This document shows, piece after piece, positions 57,006-64,000 of a stretch of DNA of 64,000 bases. Each line of letters starts with the position of its first letter. The first letter of the stretch is position 1. The notes below the pieces were generated by a model. The model was not told the DNA's origin, made no database searches, and saw nothing but the letters and a program-made list of their open reading frames with translations. Source of the stretch: a bacterium (GTDB lineage: Bacteria > UBA8248); the NCBI GenBank assembly GCA_965213625.1, contig CBDBZU010000004.1:1344001-1408000 (forward strand). Reading direction: 5' to 3'. A program made the translations under genes and the position numbers.

Positions 57006-58778
57006 ATGAGGGATGAGGAGTCAGGACAGCACACGAATACGGACGTACGCTACGAAGCCGACGAAAAGCCGCCGCCCCTGCTTGCTTTCGGCCTGGGCTT
57101 GCAGCTCGCCGTCCTCTGCGTGGGCGGCATCGTGTTCACGCCATTTATCGTGGTGCGGGCCGCCGGAGGAACGGAGGATTATCTCTCTTGGGCCGTGTTC
57201 GCCGCCTTGGCGATCTGCGGCTTGACCACGATGCTCCAGGCGTACCGGATCGGTCACTTCGGCGCGGGCTACGTGCTCATCATGGGCACCTCGGGCGCTT
57301 TTATCGCGGTCTGTATCGCGGCGCTCGCCAGGGGGGGGCCGGGGATGCTCGCCACGCTGGTCCTCGCATCCTCGCTGTTTCAGTTCGTGCTCTCCGAACG
57401 CCTCTCGCTGTTCCGGCGGGTGCTGACGCCGACTGTCGCGGGAACCGTCATCATGCTGATAGCGGTGACGGTGATGCCCATCGTCTTCAAGATGTTGAGT
57501 GACGTGCCGAAGGGCGCTCCCGCGCTCGCCGCTCCGCTGAGCGCTTTTGCGACGGTGGTAGTCATCGTCGGCATCGCGCTCAAGGCGACGGGCGCGCTGC
57601 GTCTGTGGGCGCCGGTGATCGGCGTGGTCGCGGGTTCGCTCATGGGCCTCTATTTCGGCATCTACGATACGGCCCGCGTCGCTGGGGCTTCGTGGATCGG
57701 CCTTCCCCAGGGCGCGTGGCCAGGCCTGGACCTGAGCTTCGGGCCGGTTTTCTGGACGCTTCTTCCCGGGTTCGTGTTCGTGACCCTTATCGGCGCCATC
57801 GAAACCGTGGGCGACGGCGCGGCCATCCAGCGCGTATCCTGGCGTCGGCCCCGGGCGGTGGATTTCAAAGCGGTGCAGGGCGCGGTGGCCGCCGACGGGG
57901 TGGGCAACCTGCTCTCCGGCCTTTTGGCGACGGTGCCGAACACGACTTATTCGACGAGTGTGTCCGTCACCGAACTCACCGGCGTCGGCGCGCGCACCGT
58001 GGGGGTCGCCGCAGGACTGGTGTTTCTCTCCCTGGCGTTTATTCCCAAGCTGGTGGCCGTGGTGCTGGCGATACCGGCTCCGGTCGCCTCGGCCTACATC
58101 ACCGTGTTGCTGGCGATGCTCTTCATCGTCGGCATGCGGATGGTCATTCAGGACGGAATCGACTACCGCAAGGGGCTGGTGGCGGGTATCGCGTTCTGGG
58201 CGGGCGTCGGCTTCCAGAACGGCGTCATTTACCCTGAGTATTTCTCCACGTTCGCGGGCGGCCTCCTGAACAACGGTATGACGGCCGGCGGCCTCGTCGC
58301 CATGATCATGACGCTGTTCGTGGAACTCACCGAACCGCGCCGCAGTCGGCTCGAGGTGGCGTTCGACCTCTCGGCCCTGGAAAAAATCAGGGAGTTTCTC
58401 GGTGAATTCGCCTCGGCCGGCGGCTGGGACGAAGCGATGGCGCACCGCTTGGACGCCGCGGGCGAGGAGACGCTGCTGACGCTTCTGCGCCAGGATGAAG
58501 CAGACGAGGGGTGCGAGCGCAGGCGCCTTCTCGTGGTGGCGCACAAAGAAGACGGCGGCGCGGTGTTGGAGTTCGTCGCAGCGGGCGGGGAGGAGAACTT
58601 ACAGGACAAAATCGCGCTATTGGGCGAGCAGGCCGCAGGCGCGCCGCTCGAGCGCGAGGTCTCGCTCAGGCTGCTGCGCCACCTCGCTTCTTCGGTTCGC
58701 CACCAGCAATACCACGACACGGACATCGTGACCGTTCGCGTGGAAGCCGCAGGCGCGCCGCGCGGCGGGGGGAGTTGA
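57006..58778 (+). CDS. NCS2 (xanthine/uracil permease-like) transporter fused to a C-terminal degenerate RsbW/HATPase-like domain
   Basis: YEADEKPP, MGTSGAF, TPTVAGTVI, IETVGD, ADGVGN, PKL. The last ~140 aa align with the RsbW at 61618. Confidence 0.8.
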   Translation: MRDEESGQHTNTDVRYEADEKPPPLLAFGLGLQLAVLCVGGIVFTPFIVVRAAGGTEDYLSWAVFAALAICGLTTMLQAYRIGHFGAGYVLIMGTSGAFIAVCIAALARGGPGMLATLVLASSLFQFVLSERLSLFRRVLTPTVAGTVIMLIAVTVMPIVFKMLSDVPKGAPALAAPLSAFATVVVIVGIALKATGALRLWAPVIGVVAGSLMGLYFGIYDTARVAGASWIGLPQGAWPGLDLSFGPVFWTLLPGFVFVTLIGAIETVGDGAAIQRVSWRRPRAVDFKAVQGAVAADGVGNLLSGLLATVPNTTYSTSVSVTELTGVGARTVGVAAGLVFLSLAFIPKLVAVVLAIPAPVASAYITVLLAMLFIVGMRMVIQDGIDYRKGLVAGIAFWAGVGFQNGVIYPEYFSTFAGGLLNNGMTAGGLVAMIMTLFVELTEPRRSRLEVAFDLSALEKIREFLGEFASAGGWDEAMAHRLDAAGEETLLTLLRQDEADEGCERRRLLVVAHKEDGGAVLEFVAAGGEENLQDKIALLGEQAAGAPLEREVSLRLLRHLASSVRHQQYHDTDIVTVRVEAAGAPRGGGS

Positions 58779-58849
58779 GCAGCACTCTCGTACGCGCTTC
58801 GGCAGTGTCCCGGACGCATCGCGCGCAGGCGTAAACCGTCCGCCGTTCC

Positions 58850-59032
58850 GGGGTTGCTGTATAAGCCCCCGAAGCGGTGGGGGTGCGATGGTTTTGTAGG
58901 GACAGGCCTCCGTGCCTGTCCTGACGTAGGAGAACCACAGAGGGCCGGACAGGCACGGAGGCCTGTCCCTACGCCCCCCCCCGATTGGTTCCATTCGCCA
59001 ACTCACGGAATCAGGGCTTTTTCAACAACCCC
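58850..59032. mobile_element. 183-bp MITE with IS1182-like ends
   Basis: IRs GGGGTTGCTGTATAAGCCC and GGGCTTTTTCAACAACCCC; TTCC direct repeat on both sides; internal perfect 26-bp inverted GTAG-REP pair (58896-58921, 58947-58972). Confidence 0.75.
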
Positions 59033-59045
59033 TTCCCGGGAAACC

Positions 59046-59633
59046 CTATCTCCTCCCCCGCGGGTGGTGGTCGAGGCCGCGATAGGCGTTGATGAAGGCG
59101 GTGATGCGCTTCTCGTCAAAGGCCTCAAGCGTGTCTATCTTCCCCCAGGCGGTGAGCGCGATCTTGTGCTTCATGGCGGGATAGGGAGCGAGAATGACGT
59201 ACTTCGAGTAGCCGCGCACCAGGTTTTCGAGCTTTTTCACGAGTTCGGGACAATCGCTGCAGCCATACTGCACCAGAACGCCGCCGTCTTCCAGGTTGTG
59301 CACCTGGAAGCCCCTGTCGATCGGCTTCCGGTGGACGCCCCAGGGGACGATGGTCGGATAGTGCGGCCCCGAGGTGGGTGGGTCCGTGTTGTAGGAGATG
59401 GCGCCGCTCGTTCCGACGCGGATGTGGCGGTTGCCGAGGGAGGGCACGTCGCGCACCTTGTTCGCGCTTGCGCCTGTAAAGTAGTAAATGCCGATGACGA
59501 CCGCCGCGATGACGATCACCCACACGAACGATGCGGTGCGCTTGTTCCTGGAGCCTTTGGCTTTGGCCTGACGCGAAGGGCCGCGTTTCGTGGAACCGGG
59601 GGATTTCCTTTTTCCTTTGGATTTTCTGGACAA
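59046..59633 (-). CDS. DUF3105 domain membrane-anchored protein
   Basis: One TM helix, YNTDPPTSGPHY, VHNLEDGGV, IALTAWG; start uncertain. Confidence 0.8.
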   Translation of the reverse strand: MSRKSKGKRKSPGSTKRGPSRQAKAKGSRNKRTASFVWVIVIAAVVIGIYYFTGASANKVRDVPSLGNRHIRVGTSGAISYNTDPPTSGPHYPTIVPWGVHRKPIDRGFQVHNLEDGGVLVQYGCSDCPELVKKLENLVRGYSKYVILAPYPAMKHKIALTAWGKIDTLEAFDEKRITAFINAYRGLDHHPRGRR

Positions 59634-59966
59634 GGCGGGACCTTTCTCGATGTTGCGGTGGTCGGCGGCGTCTGGATACCCCGAGGGGTCGCGCCTCAAG
59701 ATACGTAATCGCGAGAGTCGGGACAAGCGGGCGTCGGGTGAAATTTTCGAGGTTTCATTCCCCTTCGGCGCAGATTTGATTCACGCGCACGCGCTCGTGA
59801 AGCCCGGGTTTTAGGGGAGTTGCAGGCCGCCGCACCGGATTCCACCGGTCATACGAGAACGAAAAAATCAGTTGCGCGACGCGTGAGTCTTATATACATT
59901 TAGCAGGCGTTCGAATATGCTTGGGCGTTCATTGAGCAAAGTCAGGGCAATGGAGAGGTAGGGACG

Positions 59967-60407
59967 ATGGATTCGTGCAGGATACTCGTAGTCGATGATG
60001 AAGCCGACCTGGAAGACCTCGTGAATCAGCGCATGCGGCGCGATATTCGCAGCGGCCGCTATTCGTTCGTGTTCGCCCGCAACGGAGTCGAAGCGCTTGA
60101 AAGACTGAGTGAAGACAGTGACATCGACATCGTCATCACCGACATCAACATGCCGGAGATGGACGGCCTCACCCTGCTCGAGCAAATCCCGGCTTATGAC
60201 CCCAAACTCCGCTGCGTCATCGTCTCCGCGTATGGAGACATGAAAAACATCCGCACGGCGATGAACCGGGGCGCATTCGATTTCCTCAACAAGCCGATCG
60301 ATTTCCAGGACTTGCGGCAGACCATTGAAAAATCTCTGGAGCATCTCGCGAATATACGGGAGGCTTTTGAGGCGCGCGACAAGATGCTGACGGAAGGGAG
60401 GTCGTGA
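59967..60407 (+). CDS. Single-domain response regulator
   Basis: ILVVDDE, TDINMPEMDG, SAYGD, KPIDF. Confidence 0.9.
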   Translation: MDSCRILVVDDEADLEDLVNQRMRRDIRSGRYSFVFARNGVEALERLSEDSDIDIVITDINMPEMDGLTLLEQIPAYDPKLRCVIVSAYGDMKNIRTAMNRGAFDFLNKPIDFQDLRQTIEKSLEHLANIREAFEARDKMLTEGRS

Positions 60408-61621
60408 TGGAAGAGCCCCACAGGATACTCGTGGTGGACGATGAGCCCGATCTCGAGCAACTCGTTCTCCAGAGAATGCGGCGCGAGATACGAAGAGGCC
60501 GCTATTCGTTCGTGTTCGCCCGCAACGGGGTCGAGGCGCTCGAGCGCTTAAACGATAACAATGGCGGCGATACTATCGACATGGTGCTCACCGACATCAA
60601 TATGCCCGAGATGGACGGTCTTACGCTGCTCAAGCAAATCCCCTCGGTCGACCCCAACGTGCGCTCCGTGGTCGTCTCGGCGTATGGAGACATGAAGAAC
60701 ATCCGCACGGCGATGAACCGGGGCGCATTCGATTTCGTCACCAAGCCGATCGACTTCGAGGATTTGCGGATCACCATAGAACGGACCCTGGAGCATCTCG
60801 TCATGCTGCGCGAAGCGCTGGAAGCGCGCGACAAGCTGGTCGCCCTGAGAAGCGACCTCGACCTGGCCAGCAAGATGCAGCAATCGATTCTGCCGACCAA
60901 ATTCCCCGAAAGCCCCCACTACGAGATATTCGCGGGCATGGTGCCCGCCCGGGACGTGGGAGGCGATTTCTTCGACGTGATAGACCTGGGCGACGGCCGC
61001 ATCGGCATCACGGTCGCCGACGTTTCGGGCAAGGGGGTGCCCGCCGCGCTTTTCATGATGTCGAGCCGCACGCTGCTCAACAGCGTCGCTGTCGCGCGCG
61101 CCAATCCGGGCGACGTGCTCGGCGAGGTGAACCGTCTGCTCAGGCCCGGCGAAGTGCTGAGCGAGGTGAACCGCCTGCTCCAGGAGAACAACGACGCTGC
61201 GATGTTCGTCACCGTCTTCTTCGCTATTTTCGATTCCAATACCGGGGAACTCGTTTATTCCAACGGCGGGCACAATCCTCCGGTCATCCTTCATGCCGAC
61301 GGCTCATCGAGCCTGCTTCCCCAGCAACCGGGAGTCGCCCTCGGGATCGCGCCGGAATTCAGCTACGACATGTACAATGCGACACTCGGGCCCGGTGACG
61401 CCCTCATCCTCTACACCGACGGCGTGACGGAAGCCGAAAACGAGAAGACCGAGCAGTTCGGCCTCGATCGCCTCCAGAGTATTCTCGGGGGTTCGCCGCC
61501 AAGCTCCGCCCGGGAGATCAACACGAAGATTTTCGAGGAGGTGAAAGAGTTTGCGGGCAGGGCGCCTCAATTCGATGACATTACCTGCCTGACCCTATTT
61601 CGCCGCGGAGTGAGTGGATGA
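60404..61621 (+). CDS. Response regulator fused to a PP2C/SpoIIE (RsbU-like) phosphatase
   Basis: Receiver domain plus VGGDFFD, ADVSGKGVPAA, FVT, NGGH, YTDGVTEA, DDIT. Confidence 0.9.
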   Translation: MMEEPHRILVVDDEPDLEQLVLQRMRREIRRGRYSFVFARNGVEALERLNDNNGGDTIDMVLTDINMPEMDGLTLLKQIPSVDPNVRSVVVSAYGDMKNIRTAMNRGAFDFVTKPIDFEDLRITIERTLEHLVMLREALEARDKLVALRSDLDLASKMQQSILPTKFPESPHYEIFAGMVPARDVGGDFFDVIDLGDGRIGITVADVSGKGVPAALFMMSSRTLLNSVAVARANPGDVLGEVNRLLRPGEVLSEVNRLLQENNDAAMFVTVFFAIFDSNTGELVYSNGGHNPPVILHADGSSSLLPQQPGVALGIAPEFSYDMYNATLGPGDALILYTDGVTEAENEKTEQFGLDRLQSILGGSPPSSAREINTKIFEEVKEFAGRAPQFDDITCLTLFRRGVSG

Positions 61622-62040
61622 GCGCGAAACTTTCTTTGAAAATGGGATTCGATGCCACTGAGCTGCCACGTATCCAGTCCGCCATCGGGGAATTCAGCCG
61701 GGAGCAGGATTGGCCGCCGGACATCGAATTCCAGGTCGACCTCGTGCTAGAAGAACTCGTTCTCAACGTCGTACACCACGGCAGCAGCGACGGAGAAGAA
61801 GGTGAAATCAAAATCGAACTCGTCTCGGACGCGGAAACGGTGGTCATCGATATCATCGACGACGGCCGTCCGTTCGATCCCCTGACGGACGCACCCGAAC
61901 CGGACACCGAATCGACCATCGAAGACCGCGCCGTAGGCGGACTCGGCATTCACCTGGTGCGGACGATGATGGACGACGTGACCTATCAACGGGAGGAGAA
62001 CAAGAACCACATACGCCTTGTAAAGCGGAGGAGTGAATGA
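61618..62040 (+). CDS. RsbW-like anti-sigma factor / Ser kinase
   Basis: EELVLNVVHHG, DDGRPFDP, GGLGIHLV. Confidence 0.9.
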   Translation: MSAKLSLKMGFDATELPRIQSAIGEFSREQDWPPDIEFQVDLVLEELVLNVVHHGSSDGEEGEIKIELVSDAETVVIDIIDDGRPFDPLTDAPEPDTESTIEDRAVGGLGIHLVRTMMDDVTYQREENKNHIRLVKRRSE

Positions 62041-63218
62041 GCCTGCCGCTCCGAATCCGCCGGGCGTTTTTCCTCCTTGCTGCAGTGATATTCTGCTCGG
62101 TGTCGGGAGCGCAGGCGGCCGTGCCCGGGGTTTCCCCCCACCGTATCCTTTTCGGACAATCCGCCGCTTTCACCGGGCCTGCGAGGGCCTTGGGGGAGGA
62201 GATGCGCCTCGGCATCGAAGCCGCCTTTCGCGCATCGAACGTGCGCGGCGGCGTTCACGGGCGCCGGCTCGAACTCACCTCACTCGACGATGCGTATGAA
62301 CCCGAAGCCGCCATCCTGAATACCCGCCGGTTGATAGAACAGAGCAAGGTCTTCGCGCTCATCGGGGCCGTCGGCACGCCCCCCTCGCGCTCGGCCACGC
62401 CGGTGGCCGCAAAAGCGGGCGTCCCCTATATCGCGCCCTTCACCGGCGCCGCCTTCTTGCGCAATCCCAAATGGAAAAACATCATCAACCTGCGCGCCTC
62501 CTACTTCCAGGAGACCGAGGAGATGGTGAACCGGCTGATCAAGGACTTGGGCGTCAAGAAGATCGCCGTGCTCTACCAGGACGATTCTTTCGGCTTGGCG
62601 GGCTACCGGGGCGTTCGCCGCGCACTCGAGCGGCGCAAACTGAAGCCTGCGGTCACGGGCGTTTATCCACGGAATACGACGGCGGTCAAAACGGCCCTGC
62701 TCGACATCAGGCGCGCAAACCCCGGCGCCGTGATCCTCGTGGGAGCCTATAAACCCGTTGCTTCCTTTATCGCCTGGGCTCGCCACACGGGGTTCAATCC
62801 GATTTTCGTGACGCTCTCCTTCGTGGGAAGCAATGCGCTCGTGCATGAACTCGGCCCCGCCGGCGTCGGCATCTACGTCACCCAGGTGGTCCCGTTCCCG
62901 ACGACGAAGAATCTCAAGGTCGCGGCGGACTACAGACGGGATCTGGAGACTCACAAGCCCGGCGCGGTTCCGAGCTTCGTCTCCTTCGAGGGTTACATGG
63001 CCGGCAGGCTGGCCACCCGCGCCCTCGAACTGTGCGGGCGCAAGCCCGACCGCGCCTGTCTTCTCAAGGGCCTTCGCCGCGTGGCCACCGTCGACCTGGG
63101 CGGGTTCAAGCTCCGCTACGGCAAGGACGACAACCAGGGTTCGGACGCCGTTTTTCTCACCGTCATCGGCGAGGGCGGACGCTACATCCCGACTGAAAAA
63201 ATCCGGCGTCCGGAGTAG
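62037..63218 (+). CDS. Periplasmic ligand-binding protein (LivJ-like), probably a sensor accessory
   Basis: Signal peptide, FGQSAAFTGP, DDAYEP, NLRASY, YQDDSFG; no ABC permease adjacent. Confidence 0.8.
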   Translation: MSLPLRIRRAFFLLAAVIFCSVSGAQAAVPGVSPHRILFGQSAAFTGPARALGEEMRLGIEAAFRASNVRGGVHGRRLELTSLDDAYEPEAAILNTRRLIEQSKVFALIGAVGTPPSRSATPVAAKAGVPYIAPFTGAAFLRNPKWKNIINLRASYFQETEEMVNRLIKDLGVKKIAVLYQDDSFGLAGYRGVRRALERRKLKPAVTGVYPRNTTAVKTALLDIRRANPGAVILVGAYKPVASFIAWARHTGFNPIFVTLSFVGSNALVHELGPAGVGIYVTQVVPFPTTKNLKVAADYRRDLETHKPGAVPSFVSFEGYMAGRLATRALELCGRKPDRACLLKGLRRVATVDLGGFKLRYGKDDNQGSDAVFLTVIGEGGRYIPTEKIRRPE

Positions 63219-63220
63219 TG

Positions 63221-64000
63221 ATGAAAAGCGCGCTCAAAAACCTTCTGGACAAGCGTTACAAGATATCGACGCAGCTCTACCTCAGCATCGGCGCCGCCGC
63301 TTCGCTCACCGTCATCGCGAGCGTGGTCGCATGGGTATCGTTCGCTTTCGTGGGAGGGGTGCAGAACCGCGTGAACGAGGGCACCGTTCCATTCCTGGCG
63401 AGCGCCTTTGGCACCGCTCAGCATAGCAGCGCCCTGGTGGCCGCGGCGCCTCGCCTGGCCGCGGTGGTGAATCCGGACAACCTGGAGCAGATAGCCACCG
63501 AGGTCGCAAAGGACCAGGAGGCGTTCGAGAAAGCGCTGGCGGATCTGATACGCCAGGGCGGCAACCAGGAGATTTCCCTGCGCATCAAGAAACTCGGCGA
63601 CGTGCTGATCGAGAACCTCACCGCCATCAAACGATTGGTGCTGCAGCGCTTCGACCTCACCGATTCGCACGATACGCTCCAGCTCCAGCTCACTTGGGTG
63701 CGCAAGGAGTTGAGCAACGTCATGGTTCCCGCCATCGACGACCAACTGTTCTTCGCAATGACGGGTTTCGGCAAAATCGACAAGCCGTCCGTCCCGCGTG
63801 AGGAACACTTCTCGGAAGAGGGAATCAACCTCTACCGCTACATCGCCGGTCTGAGGTCGGACGCCACCGTCGCGGCGCAGCTTCTCACCACCGCCTTCAG
63901 CGTATCGGACGCCGCCCTGCTCGAGCCGCTGCGCGAGCGTTTCGAGGCCACGGTGCGCGGCATCAGGCGGCGCCTCGATGCGCTCGGAAAGGTTCCGGTG
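63221..64000 (+). CDS. Membrane sensor protein with TorS-like helical periplasmic domain (partial, runs off the window)
   Basis: Open frame from ATG 63221: MKSALK..., TM helix LYLSIGAAASLTVIASVVAWVSF, then a long helical region (LVAAAPRL). Confidence 0.65.
   Translation, partial: MKSALKNLLDKRYKISTQLYLSIGAAASLTVIASVVAWVSFAFVGGVQNRVNEGTVPFLASAFGTAQHSSALVAAAPRLAAVVNPDNLEQIATEVAKDQEAFEKALADLIRQGGNQEISLRIKKLGDVLIENLTAIKRLVLQRFDLTDSHDTLQLQLTWVRKELSNVMVPAIDDQLFFAMTGFGKIDKPSVPREEHFSEEGINLYRYIAGLRSDATVAAQLLTTAFSVSDAALLEPLRERFEATVRGIRRRLDALGKVPV

Noticed and set aside
1-64000. rRNA, tRNA or riboswitch genes
   Set aside because: None recognised by eye; a covariance-model search was not possible

Overview
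GC-rich bacterial window with four blocks. (1) About 0.4-26.7 kb: an apparent sterol/lipid tailoring and transport island. It holds three ERG6/SMT-like sterol C-methyltransferases with different active-site motifs, a Neverland/KshA-type Rieske oxygenase, a cytochrome P450 fused to an N-terminal GPP34(GOLPH3)-like domain, a COG2907-type FAD oxidoreductase, a frameshifted DUF2236/MpaB-like oxygenase, three MMPL/RND paralogs (one frameshifted), a LolA-like carrier and two outer-membrane barrels. An IS1182-family element and an orphan Mo-hydroxylase subunit interrupt it. No squalene epoxidase or oxidosqualene cyclase is visible in the window. (2) 26.9-51.7 kb: a Liv-type ABC importer and an IclR-linked cluster of catabolic-type enzymes of unknown substrate. 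(3) 51.8-56.6 kb: intact and decayed toxin-antitoxin modules, then a minimal NHLP (proteusin-type) precursor next to a putative ABBA-fold prenyltransferase. (4) 57-64 kb: an NCS2 permease fused to a degenerate RsbW-like domain, near an Rsb-type partner-switching signalling operon. Intergenic regions carry REP-like palindromes and MITEs whose ends resemble the IS1182 inverted repeats. All family assignments come from motif recognition by eye, not from database searches.
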